From: Heptranchias perlo
Taxonomy: Eukaryota
Reading direction: 5' to 3'
Assembly: GCF_035084215.1 (NCBI RefSeq)
Contig: NC_090346.1
Location: 47,244,001 to 47,308,000 of the forward strand
Length of the DNA: 64,000 nt
Under the pieces are notes generated by a model. It searched no databases and was not told where the DNA came from. It saw only the letters and a list, made by a program, of their open reading frames with translations. Position numbers and translations under genes: made by a program. This document shows, in pieces, positions 12,158 through 24,721 of this stretch (position 1 is the stretch's first letter; each line of letters starts with the position of its first letter).

Positions 12158-14184
12158 GTAAGTATAATTAGAAACGCAGCCTCCCTCTCTTGTTCAAAAT
12201 GTCAGTAGAGCACATCGGATCCCCAGAATGAGTCTCCCAATAACATAATATCACCTGAAGAAAGGTTCTAGCTACATCAACCTGTGAAAAGAAAAGAAAC
12301 ACCTCAGTCCTTTCCAAAGTGCCCGAAATATACTCTGAGATCATCCTATTACATGCCTTCCGACTCATCGTTGCAGAGAGCATAGAGTAGGTTGGGTAAC
12401 AGGTGGCAACCTTTGCTCACTCCTCCTTAGAGAGAACTAAATTCAGTAAGTCTCCCATCTACCATTCCCTCGATCTGGGAACTGCAGTACACATACACAA
12501 GCCAAGGTTCAGCCATATACTCCCATAGCTTCCTCATGAAGTCACACGAGGCATTAGGTCGAAGGCTTCTCCTGATGGCAGTGACACGTGTCAGGGCACT
12601 ATTCAACACACACTGGTAATCTTTGCCCAAGTGGCTGCTCTTGGTGTGTAATTAACAGTGTGCAATTGCAGGTTATTCAGGCACGGGTGGGGGAAAGAAT
12701 AGTCAGGGAGAGGCACCGTATCTAAGCCAGACCCTCTGCCCAACTGCTGTCCCCTCAGGTTAGGCTTGTTAACTGTGGTGGAGATTATACAGTGATAGAA
12801 AAATAATTAGCATTGTCTCCAAGACACATCTTCCAACACAACTCACATTACAAGATACTGTGTATGCTGTTTGTGTTGTTGTTTGAATGACCTGTGTGGA
12901 AGTGAGTGAGAAGAGGGAAAGACTGGATTGTACTAGCCTTTAGCTTGATCTTCTAGGATGGCCCATTCCAAGATAGTCAAGGGCTGGGCCTTCCTTTTGT
13001 TTATTTCCATGTATTGGGTGCTATCTTGTCATTCAAACAGAGTGATGGACCTGATGTCTTGGCCAACATTCCTCCCTCAACCAACACTACCAAAAAATAG
13101 GGCAACTGGTCATTCTTCTCACTTGCTGATTGTGGGACCTTGCTGTTCTCAATTGGTTGTTATGTTTGCCTATGTAACAACAGGAACTATACTTCAAGAT
13201 CAATAACAACAACAATTTGCATTCACATAGTGTCTTTAATGTAGTAAAACACCTCAAAATCAAGTCATTGGATGTGAAATACTTTGAGATGCCTTGATTT
13301 GTATTAAGGCACAATACAAATGCAAGTTCTTTATGATTGCAAAAACTACAGCAGCAGTTGTTTCCTCCTCCAGGCTCCAGCACATGTATTATTAAGAAAG
13401 GATTATTGTTGAGGCTTCGGTCTGCATTCATATGAGGTGCTCTGCAATGGGAATGTTTGGGCTGAGGGGCAGAGGCAAAGTCTGGGGTCTAGAGCCAGAG
13501 ACCATGGCGCCTGGAACTGTTTGTAGTGTCAGGGAGCAGGGCCAAGCATAGATTTAGCTAAAGGATGGACAGGGAAACAATGAACTCTCAGGGTGATCAT
13601 ATCCCACGGAATTTAACTTTTTTTTGTTGGAATCTTTTTGGTCCAATTACAAAAGTGAAATAACACTTTGTAGGTGGTTCTGGGATCTGATTGGTTGAAG
13701 GGACCAATAATGTTCCATTCCTACATTCTTACAGACACAAAATTTGCAATAATATAGATTTTGCATGTGTGTATGCATTCATTTATTAATAGTTTTATAC
13801 TTCAGAGAAATCAAGAAAACAACAAGCATGAAAATGTTTATCAGATATTTAATCTGACAAGGTTTGTGAAGCCTGGATGACTTTGTAAATGTGAAGTTCC
13901 AATTTTGTTGTGAGACGTGCTTAACTGCGTCAAAGCAATAAATCAAACAAGCAATCTGTGAATTGGAGTCTGTAACCTTTCTGATTCTGTTCTTTCAGCA
14001 AGCCATGACACAAAACCTACTTCAAGTTTATGTTTATTATGCATTGGGTAAATGCGATGCATGGTATGATACTGTGCGGTACAGAAACGATTTGATCCCC
14101 AGTCTGTGCTGACTCACACAGGATGACGAGTGATTCAAAGTGTGCATCACCCTCGCCCGTTTCCCTCCTCCCACGTTCGGCCAG

Positions 14185-14553
14185 GAACTTGAGCACAAAA
14201 TTTCACTTCCAGTGCTGTACTGAGGGAGTGCTGCACTGTCTGAGAGGGCAGACGGGGCCTTCGTTTAACGTTAAACGAAGGCCCCGTCTGCCCTCTCAGA
14301 AGGACGTAAAAGATCCCCTGGCACTATTCAAAAAAGAGCAGGGGGAGTTCTCCCAGGTGTCCAGGCCAATATTTATCCCTCAACCAACATCACTAAAAAA
14401 ACAAATTATCTGGTCATTTTCTCATTGCTGTTTGTGGGAACTGGCTGCTGCGTTTCCTACATTACACTTCAAAAAAGTACTTAATTGGCTGTAAGGAGCT
14501 ATGGGATGCTCTGCAGTCATGAAAGGTGCTGTATAAATACAAGATCTTTCTTT
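14185..14553 (+). mobile_element. DeuSINE copy (head lost)
   Basis: Body and tail match the other copies. Confidence 0.75.
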
Positions 14554-15719
14554 CCCAATGGCCATTTCAAATCCTGTATCTGTTAGTGTGAAAACCTTCA
14601 TTGGAGCATTCAGTCTTTTCACCCAGATTTGTGAGTCACAAATTGTAATATTTTTCTGCCATCTGGTTTTACACCCAGCTGCTGCAGTACTAAAAAAAAG
14701 TAATAATTCTCAGTTGCCTCTGGTTACATTTCCATCATTTGAACTTTGACCAAAGGCAGGGTTTAGAATCATCAGTTTGACATTAGATCCCCAATCCAAT
14801 AATACCCGATTAATACTTCCAGTTGAAACCACTGCTGTGTCTGTAAGTGGTGATAATCTTTACCTGTCTCAGTGTGTAAGCTTTGTCTGCCAAAGGTGAC
14901 TGCTACACATTTGACTGCGGTATTAGATAGACGGAGGTGCCTGATATCTTGGCCATTTTAATTTCCATTCGGATCAAACAGAATAATATTCTCGCCAGGA
15001 AGCTGCATTTGTCAAGACTGCAAACATTCCGTGAGCGATAAGCTGATTTGTTGGACGCACTATATTATACCCTCCTCATCTCATTTTAAGGATGCTGTAT
15101 TATTCATAGTAACCTAAAGCATTCGGAGCGCGGCTTTTTAATTTAATACTCGAATTCACTAATCAAGATGAAAATGGCAGAGCGCATGTAAAGATTTATG
15201 TTTTTTTAACCTTGAGTTAGAAGTTGAGTGACTCGACAGATGCTGTTTTTGTTTACCTAGCTATGAGAACTGTGTCAAGAGGCAAAGAAGGGTAAATTAT
15301 GAGCTCAACGCTCCCCCCCCCACCACCTCTCCCCACGCACACACACAAATCATATTTGCAGCACAGATCCCCGGAGAATGACAAGGCTCCAGCTAGTGCT
15401 CGAAATGCTTCAGAAGGATTCTGTGTGTGGGTATATCAGCAGTGGAACATCTCTGCCTGTGTGGCCTTATGGAAGCAGCTACATAGATTACAGACCTAGC
15501 GGACATTTTTTAAATTTTTAATAAAGGTGGCGTACAGAAGAAAGATCTCCACTCGGTGTGTTACGTGTGACAAAACCGGTTTATAAAGAATGGGTGGACA
15601 CAGCAGAGAAAATGTTACCACGCAGCCCTCCCCCCCACCTCGCCTCCCCTTCCTTAGTGATGAATTTTATTTTCCATTTACTATGACATATATTTAAGCC
15701 CCTGTTCTCCCCCCTACCC

Positions 15720-15810
15720 CAGGGTTGTCATTTCTGCTTGGACATATTCCTGGAGATTAATCTTTAATTCCTGGAGACTCCAGGGCAGTCCTGGAGGGTT
15801 GGCGACCCTA
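15720..15810. mobile_element. Small MITE-like element with (T)AGGGTTGCCA-type terminal inverted repeats; longer copy at about 18470-18682
   Basis: agggttgtca...ttggcgacccta termini; shared internal gattaa(t/c)ctttaattcctggagac. Confidence 0.55.
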
Positions 15811-16997
15811 CTCTGCCGCCATTTGCAATGGTGCATTTTCAAAGCCCTGCAAACCAGCTGCTACCACCCCCAATAAACATCCCACCCAGGGGTAGCCGAC
15901 AGTGTTACGATGCTTTTAAGGTGGCAAGTCCAATCCAATCGGGGCGCAGGAGCGTAACGTCGACAGCACCCCTGTGTTAAATTTATTTATTTAACAGGTC
16001 AGGTCACCCGAATGTTTTCCAACCAAATTAACCATAGCCTTCCGACTTCAGGGAAGTACTGATCTCTGAAACTGTAATTCTGTCATTTCGTTCTTGGTGT
16101 CCCACAGGAATTCTGGTGAGGTGACCTGAAAGTGTGCTTGGAATAGATATAAATGGCTTCATTAATATTTATTCCTAACTTCCCAATGCAGCAGCAGAAA
16201 GCCCATGCTGTGAGGGAGAGTAAACACATTATTAAAAAGTAATTCAACTCCGGCAAGAAAAACAAGTTGGAGATGGGCTGAATTTCTAATACAGTCATAT
16301 CGTACCTGGGTAGTAATAATGGTTATGTGACTGGACCAACATATAATAACAGGAGCATTATTCCACATCATTCTGTGACTTCCCTCCAACTCTGGCCTCT
16401 TGCGCATCTCCCATTCCCTTCGCCCCACCAGTGGCAGCCGTGCCTTCAGCCATCTTGGCCCCACGCTCTGGAACTCCACCCCCCCCCTCCCCACCTACCC
16501 CTCTCCTCCTTTCCACTTCCCATCATTCAGGTTCACGCAAGAAGAACAACCATTTTATTTTTAAGGTCCTGGTGAATTGATGACACCAATGAAATCATAT
16601 CACAGCGTTAGTCACCAAAGTGGATAAACCAAGAGAATCAGAACGACAATCTGAGGGAAAAGCCCATCAGTAACACTGGTAATAATGTAAAATCAGGACC
16701 AAATTTCCACAAAATTGTAATGTGCTTTACTCTCTTCAGGCACTTTAAGTAATGACAAACTATTTTTAAAATACAATTGGGATGAAATCGTGCTATGCGA
16801 AATGGCTTTGTATGAAATTCCTATATTTACACATTGGTTATTTAGTTTAAAATTTCAATTTTAAACACCTCAGTTAAAGTATCGGACAAAATAATTCCAC
16901 ACAAGCACGTTAACACATTCTTACGCTAATATCGCACGGCATAATTACACCCTGAACATTTGGTGCATTCAGAGATGGACGGTGTTTAACAGATAGT

Positions 16998-17440
16998 TAG
17001 CCATGGCTCAGTGGGTAGCACCTCTAGCCTCTGATGTCTAGAAGGTCATGGATTCAAGTCCCACTCCTGAGACTTAAACACATAATCTAGTCTGATACTC
17101 CCAGTTGCAGTACGGAGGGAGTGCTGCTCTGTCAGAGGTGCCGTCTTTCAGATGAGATGTTAAACCAAGGCTCTCTGAGGTAGATGTAAAAGATCCCACA
17201 GCACTATTTTGAAGAAGAGCAGGGAAATTCTCCCCAGTGTCCTGGCTAATATTTATCCCTCAGCCAATATCACTAAAAAAAGATGATCTGGTCATTATTT
17301 CATTGCTGTTTGTGGGACCTTGCTGCACACAAATTAGCTGCCGCATTTCCTACATTACAACAGTGACTACACTTCAAAAGTACTTACTTGGCTATAAAGC
17401 GCTTGAGGTTGTGAAAGGCACTATATAAATGCAAGTTATT
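16998..17440 (+). mobile_element. DeuSINE full-length copy
   Basis: tagccatggctcagtgggtagca head, B box ggattcaagtccc, body and tail. Confidence 0.85.
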
Positions 17441-17496
17441 TTTCTAATCATTGCACATATGATCGATCTGAAGATCTAATTTACTCTTTTTTTAAT

Positions 17497-18242
17497 GCAC
17501 CCAAAATTTGCTGTCAAAATAATGGTGAGGACAATGGCGCTCACCGTTATTTATGCGCAAATCGCACAGCAACTTCGGGCGAGGGCAAGTGCGCGGTTAA
17601 ACGCGGAGATCCGGAAGTTGCTGTCCGAGATACGCCGCTCTGCTGTTAGCTTCATGAAAACAGCATCTCGCCGCCTGACTCACCGTCTAAATGCATTGAA
17701 CGGAGTGAAGTTGCCGTATTTGTGCTGGAGATACAAACTAAACTCGTCACAGGAAGTTAGGACTTGTCCATTTCAGTCTAAGTACCCTTTTTAACGACAT
17801 AATAACTCTTATTTACTGCCAAACAACCTCGCTGGCACTGAAGATTAACTATTTCAAGTGTGGAGGCTCATTCCTTCAGCTTTTAATTGTTGTTGGAGAT
17901 TTTTTTTAAATTAACTTACATTTTTAAAAACTTTTTCTTTCTCTCTCTTTATTTCACTTTCTGTACCTGATTCGACATTGAATTCACTATTCTAACTGAT
18001 ACTTCCTGGTTCAGACTCTGCGCTGTTCATTTCACAATCCTTCAATCTGAATGGTTAAGGTGATACACAGCGGCTTGCCCTGTTCACACAGGTCCCAGAT
18101 GCCCTGTAGAGGGCTCTGCGCTGTTTCCATCTCCTACTTACAGCAACTTGCAGTGCAAAGTCTCATGGAAATTAGATGGGCTTGGGCATGTCTAACAAAG
18201 AGTGAGCGCCATTCGTTCACCGGCTGCAGTAAATACTGGCCC
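17497..18242. mobile_element. About 750-bp non-autonomous DNA transposon (MITE-like)
   Basis: Imperfect TIRs of about 45 bp (aatttgctg...ggtga..aatggcgctcac / gtgagcgccatt..tcacc...cagtaaatactggccc); AAT on both sides; a second, inverted copy lies at about 49895-50634. Confidence 0.65.
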
Positions 18243-19377
18243 AATATCAGAATCAAGAAAAATCTTCTAGTCATGAGCGATTAGGCTCCCTAATCAGCTA
18301 AGGAATTGGTCCTCATTATATTTTAATACCAGAGAACTGTAACAGTAGCAGATACTGCAGTTTGCAAAATTTTTTAATGCGAGAGTCTAAGAGAGGTTAT
18401 GACAGATAAAATATATATTTTTTTATCTCCACAATATTGGTCTGGAGCATGAAGCAACAGGCTCCTCTACAGAGGATTGCCAACTCTGGTTGGATGTATT
18501 CCTGGAGGTTTCATCACATGACCTCCCGCCTCCAATATTTTTATAACTAATAAATGAAAGTGTACAAAGGAAATGGGAAAGACGCACAATGTTTTTAATG
18601 CCCCTATGATTTTTCTCCCAAGTTGCTCACAGCACTGACCGGGAGATTAACCTTTAATTCCTGGAGACCCCTGGACAATCCTGATTTGGAACGTCAGCCT
18701 GGATTTGGTGCTCAAGCCTCTGGAGTGGGTCTTAAACCCACGACCTTCTGACTCAGTCAGATCAGTGGCAAGAGTGCTGCCCACTGAGCCACAGCTGACA
18801 CACAGCATAAATTAGCATAAATGTGGAGCTTTAGAAACATGTGAGAACTCTGCGCGGGCTGTCAGATAATTAGTGGAGGGTGTTGCTGAACTTCTTACTG
18901 AGATAAACAGTATTGGGATCAATCGCAGAAAATGGGACAGCACAAGAAAGATGCTTCAGGCTTTTCAAAGCCCTAATGAAGTCACATTCCACATAAACAC
19001 GCAGCATATACTGGAACGGGCAGAACAGAGGCTTTGAAAGATTAATTATTCTTGCTGCAACATGTTTAAAATTCATTCAGAAGATTTTCTCTCAGTATAA
19101 CCCATTAGAAGAGGAGGTAGGAGGGAGCATTTTTTTAGTTCAGATTTGCAGCCTCTGCGGTTATTTATGACGATTGTATTTTGTTTCTGAAAAGTCTCTC
19201 TAAGGGGCACACTACATGCTGTTTAGTTTTGTTTTGAATTTCAGCAGATTACTCAACAAACAAGACCGTCTGCCTTTTCCCCACTGTCAAGTGCTGCAGG
19301 TATCGTCCAGCAGGGAGTTATACACCTCAGGGACATTGTGTTTTTGTCTTCTCCAATTTTAATGCGAATGCTAAAAG

Positions 19378-19928
19378 CCTTTCCACCATCTATAAGGCAC
19401 AAGTCAGGAGTGTGATGGAATACTCTCCACTTGCCTGGATGAGTGCAGCTCCAACAACACTCAAGAAGCTCGACACCATCCAGGACAAAGCAGCCCGCTA
19501 GATTGGCACCCCATCCACCACCCTAAACATTCACTCCCTTCACCACTGGCGCACCATGGCTGCAGTGTGTACCATCCACAGGATGCACTGCAGCAACTCG
19601 CCAAGGCTTCTTCGACAGCACCTCCCAAACCCACGACCTCTACCACCTAGAAGGACAAGAGCAACAGGCACATAGGATCAACACCACCTGCACGTTCCCC
19701 TCCAAGTCACACACCATCCCGACTTGGAAATATATCACCGTTCCTTCATCGTTGCTGGGTCAAAATCCTGGTTCTCTCTTCCTAACAGCATTGTGGGAGA
19801 ACCTTCATCACACGGATTGCAGCGGTTCAAGAAGGCAGCTCACCACCACCTTCTCAAGGGCAATTAGGGATGGGCAATAAATGCTGGCCTTGCCAGCGAC
19901 GCCCACATCCCATGAACGAATAAAAAAA
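19378..19928 (+). mobile_element. 3' fragment of a second CR1-group LINE family
   Basis: STIYKAQVRSVMEYSPLAWMSAAPTTLKKLDTIQDKAAR remnant; tail cccatgaacgaataaaaaaa; same family at 30398-30968 (-). Confidence 0.8.
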
Positions 19929-19979
19929 AGATAAAGGCACCACAATTCCAACCAATGCAATGTTCCAGGCTGGTACCAT

Positions 19980-20358
19980 GTTCAAATCCCTCCATGGCCT
20001 GGCCTCTCCCTATCTCTGTGACCTCCTCCAGCTCCACAATCCTCTGTGAACTCTGTCTTCCTCCATTGACCTCTTGTGCATACCCCACTTCCTCTGCCCC
20101 ATTATTGGCAGCCGTGCTTTCAGCCGCCTCGGTCCTAAGCTCTAGAATTCCCTCCCCTAAACCTTTCTGCCTCTCCACCTCTCTCTCCTCCTTTAAGACG
20201 CTGCTCAGAGCCTACCTCTTTGACCAAACTTTTGGTCACCTGTCCTAATGTATCATTCATTGGTTCGGTGTCAATTTTTGTCTGATTACTTTCCTGTGAA
20301 GCGCCTTGGGACGTTTTATGATGTTAAAGGCGCTATATAAATGCAACTTGTTGTTGTT
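19980..20358 (+). mobile_element. L2 LINE 3' end
   Basis: FKSLHGL...FKTLLRAYLFDQTF remnant and ggcgctatataaatgcaacttgttgttg tail. Confidence 0.8.
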
Positions 20359-21088
20359 TATTAGGTTTGGAGAATGACATTCTCTGGCCTTTGGAGCAGT
20401 GAGGAGGAAGGAGCAAGCTTTCATTGACTACTGACTGCCAACGGTTATGAATTACTTGCCCTAATCTCTGGGGATTTGAATCTAATCATAAAAGGATGTG
20501 AACCGACACCACAAAACAACACCAACCACGTCACCAGCCGAAATGAAACAGCCAGCTAATATTTACCCCGTTGCGCTACTAAAAAGTAAGGAGTCCTTAC
20601 AAATCTTTCACATGCATAATAGAACTTTTTACATGATACAAACTAACATCACCCCTTCAGAGTACGTTGCTCGCAGATAAATCAGTGACAGACTGCTCGC
20701 CCACCTCACTGAAACTGTCAAAAGAATGACAACAGGTAAATGCAGCAAGCGTCTAAAATTAATTGCACAAATAATGAAAATTCCGGTATGATTACACTTG
20801 CAGTCCAATATTTCAACGTGATAGACGACAAGACACATGTTACGTTGATTCTGGATGACATTCCGGAAATGACAAGCTAATCCTTACATTCAAATACTCA
20901 ACATATCACTCTCTCCAGCACAGTGATAAATCTTTTCCACTCTGAGATTTGCCACTGTCACTCCTGATTAAAGGTCAACATTGTGGAACAGTTTAAGAAA
21001 TACTCCATGAAATGTTTGCCCACACATTGAGTCTCTCCAATGAAATACAAATGATAGGAACTCATATTGACATCAATTAACTCGAGTT

Positions 21089-22433
21089 CTGTATACCCGG
21101 GCTGGGTACATTGGTCTCTGTATACCCGGGCTGGGTACATTGGTCTCTGTATACCCGGGCTGGGTACATTGGTCCCTGTATACCTAGGCTGGGTACATTG
21201 ATCCCTGTATACCCGGGCTGGGTACATTGGTCTCTTTATACCCTGACTGGGTACATTGGTCTCTGTATACCCGGGCTGGGTACATTGGTCCCTGTATACC
21301 CGGACTGGGTACATTGGTCCCTGTATACCCGGACTGGGTACATTGGTCCCTATATACCCAGGCTGGGTACATTGATCCCTGTATACTCAGACTGGGTACG
21401 TTGGTCTCTGAATTCCCGGACTGGGTACATTGATCCCTGTATACCCGAACTGGGTACATTGATCCCTGTATACCCGGAATGGGTACAATGATCTCTGTAT
21501 ACCCTGGCTGGGTACATTGATCTCTGTATACCCGAGCTGGGTACATTGGTCCCCAAATATCTGGAATGGGTACATTGATCCCTGTATACCCGGACTGGGT
21601 ACAATGATCTCTGTATACCCAGGCTGTGTACATTGATCTCTGTATACCCGGGCTGTGTACGTTGATCTCTGTACACCCGGGCTGGGTACATTGATCTCAG
21701 TATACCTGAGTTGGGTACATTGGTCCCTGCATACCTGGACTGGGTACAATGATCTCTGTATACCTGACTGGGTACATTGATCTCTATATACCCGACTGGG
21801 TACATTGATCCCTGTATACCCGGACTGGGTACAATGATCCCTGTGTACCCAGGCTGGGTACATTGATCCCTGTATACTCGGACTGGGTACAATGATCCCT
21901 GTGTACCCAGGCTGGGTACATTGATCCCTGTATACTCGGACTGGGTACAATGATCCCTGTGTACCCAGGCTGGGTACATTGATCCCTGTATACTCGGACT
22001 GGGTACAATGATCCCTGTGTACCCAGGCTGGGTACATTGATCCCTGTATACTCGGACTGGGTACAATGATCCCTGTGTACCCAGGCTGGGTACATTGATC
22101 CCTGTATACTCGGACTGGGTACAATGATCCCTGTGTACCCAGGCTGGGTACATTGATCCCTGTATACTCGGACTGGGTACAATGATCCCTGTGTACCCAG
22201 GCTGGGTACATTGATCCCTGTATACTGGGACTGGGTACAATGATCCCTGTGTACCCAGGCTGGGTACATTGATCCCTGTATACTCGGACTGGGTACAATG
22301 ATCCCTGTGTACCCAGGCTGGGTACATTGATCCCTGTATACTCGGACTGGGTACAATGATCCCTGTGTACCCAGGCTGGGTACATTAATCCCTATATACC
22401 CGGACTGGGTACATTGATTCCTGCATAACCGGG
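21089..22433. repeat. 29-bp minisatellite (about 46 units) with a homogenised 58-bp dimer block
   Basis: Unit CTGTATACCCGGGCTGGGTACATTG(G/A)TC(T/C); alternating A/B units nearly identical from about 21812 to 22390. Confidence 0.95.
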
Positions 22434-22484
22434 CATAATTACACCCTGAACATTCGGTGCTGGACGCTATTTAACAGGTAATTA

Positions 22485-22945
22485 GCCATGGCTCAGTGGG
22501 TCGTACTCTGGCCTTTGAGTCATGAAGGTCGTGGGTCGTGGGTTCAAGTCCCAATCCAGAGACTTGAGCACATAATCCAGGCTGACACTTCCAGTGCAGT
22601 AGTGAGGGAATGCAGCACTGTCGGGAAGTGCTGACGTTCGGATGAGATGTTAAACCAAGGCTCCATCTGCCCTCTCAGGTGGATGTAAAAGATCCCACGG
22701 CACTATTTTGAAGAAGAGCAGGGGGCGTTCTCCCCGGTGCCCTGGCCAATATTTATCCCTCAACCAACACCACTAAAAACTGATTATCTGGTCATTATCA
22801 CATTGCTGTTTGTGGGATCTTGCTGTGCGCAAATTAGCTGCCGCGTTTCCTACATTACAACGGTGGCTACATTTTGAAAAGTATTTCATTGGCTGTAAAG
22901 CGCTTTGGGACATCCTGAGGTCGTGAAAGGTGCTATATAAATGCT
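22485..22945 (+). mobile_element. DeuSINE full-length copy
   Basis: A box tggctcagtgg, B box gggttcaagtccc, body and tail. Confidence 0.85.
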
Positions 22946-23489
22946 TCGTTTGTATGGTTTAGTGCATCAGCGGTTACTCACAGAGTGTTCGAGGGAGCTG
23001 GCAATGCAAAATTTAACTGGTGACGTTCACTGACATTAAAGACAATAACTAAATCACGACAAAAATCTCACCACAGCAGAGCATTGTTCAAGCGGCTTTA
23101 TCTGTTCCCATTTTTTTTTTATTCCACGTTAATCAGACAATGTCACTTTCCTTCTGGAGTGTTTGTGATGGAAATGCAACCTTCTGTTATCTGTTCTGCC
23201 AAGTAGATATTCTCTGGAGTGGAAAAGCTCTTGAAATGTTCGAAAAAAGCATCTCCTGTCACAGGCTCCATCTATCAAAGACGTTGGGTACTCAGAGCTG
23301 ATGTGAGCAGTAGGGTTTAGTAACTAGAAGTGGGCTGCTTCCTGGATTTACAAAGGCTCCTCATCAGAGGCTCTGAGACAGAAACATACCACCAGACGTA
23401 AAGCCAAAGTGTATCAATGTATCCTTTTGTTATCCAATGTCGCATTTTAGAGGGAGGGGGTACGTGTGGGCATATATGATTAACCTTGG

Positions 23490-23822
23490 TTAACAGGCTG
23501 GGGCTCTTTTCTCTAGAAAAAAGAAGGCTGAGGGGTGAGACAGTCTACGTAAAAAATAGTCACCAGTGGGGAATTCAAGAGAATTTACCCAGAGTGGTGA
23601 GAATGTGGAACTTGCTACCACAAGGAGTAGTTGAGGCGAACAGTATAGATTCATTTTAAGGGGAAGCTGGATAAACACATGAGGGAGAAAGGAATAGAAG
23701 GATATGCTGATGGGGTGAGATGATGTAGGGTGGGCGGGGGCTCGTGTGGAGCATAAACACCGGCACAGGCATGATGGGCCGAATGGCCTGTTTCTGTGCT
23801 ATAAATTCAATGTAATTCTATG
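23490..23822 (+). mobile_element. CR1 3' fragment
   Basis: LGLFSLEKRRLRG and TQSGENVE-like remnants plus gggccgaatggcctgtttctgtgc...aattctatg tail. Confidence 0.75.
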
Positions 23823-24721
23823 AATGATGAAGTCAATTATGTCTGTGAATTGTTTCTTTATTCAGTGCTTGCTTTTTGTGCGTTAAAGGCAGCAGCAAGG
23901 CCACGGCAAGGAAACCAGACAGAGTGTGTGTCCCAGAACCCTGCTACAAATCCCTGAATCCCGTGTAATAAAAACAGAATTCGAGCTGTTCCACGACCCC
24001 GAGTACAGGGAGCAGCACCTCCTTTGTACAGAACCCCAGCTACCCACAGCGGCCGTGGATTCGGAGTGGCCACGAATGCACACTATTCCCCGTGCGGATT
24101 CTGACCTGTCAGCGAAGGCGATCGTGCTTCTCCCAACAAAGCTGTGGCTCCAGCAGCAACCTTCGAAGGGGAAAGAAGGAATGAAGCTGCTGCTCGCACA
24201 CACACGTACACGCAGAGCCCAATAACACAGCTCTCCAAGGGTGGTCCAATTTAGCATCAGTTCCTTGAAACGAGGGAGCTCTCTCGCTCTCTCTCACTCT
24301 CTCTCTCTAACAAGCACATAATCAATTCGCCCGCAAGACTGGCAGCTCCAGGCAGCTGCTGCAGACCTCCGAGGAGCTGGTGATCTGTGTTTGTCAGTGC
24401 GCACTGGGTTTCTACCCCCCCCCCCCCCCCGGTCCTGACCTCCGTCCGTTCCTCAAGGTGAAAGAGAGAGAATTTGGTTTCGTAGGCCGCTCAGGAATCG
24501 GCACGTCGAGGTAGGGAGGAGCGACAGTGCAGGACATAAGAGCAAATAAAGACAAAGGGGGTGAAACTCGTCTCGGGCTTTAGCGCAAAACGGACGCTAG
24601 CAGATCGACTGCCTGCTTTACCCACCATCGATTTTATATCGTACTGTCCTCGCAATACACACTAACACCCTATTTGTTTTCCCTCTGACCTCACGGCATT
24701 GATTTGAGCCATTCGGATTCC

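Noticed and set aside
20958-22385. Long ORFs (up to 332 aa) and a CRISPR-like palindromic repeat
   Set aside because: These are by-products of a stop-poor 29-bp tandem array that is open in several frames. There are no unique spacers and no cas genes, and the context is eukaryotic.
23883-24257. 124-aa (- strand) and 99-aa (+ strand) ORFs as protein-coding exons
   Set aside because: No similarity to any family I recognise; retained only as a candidate non-coding exon or regulatory region.
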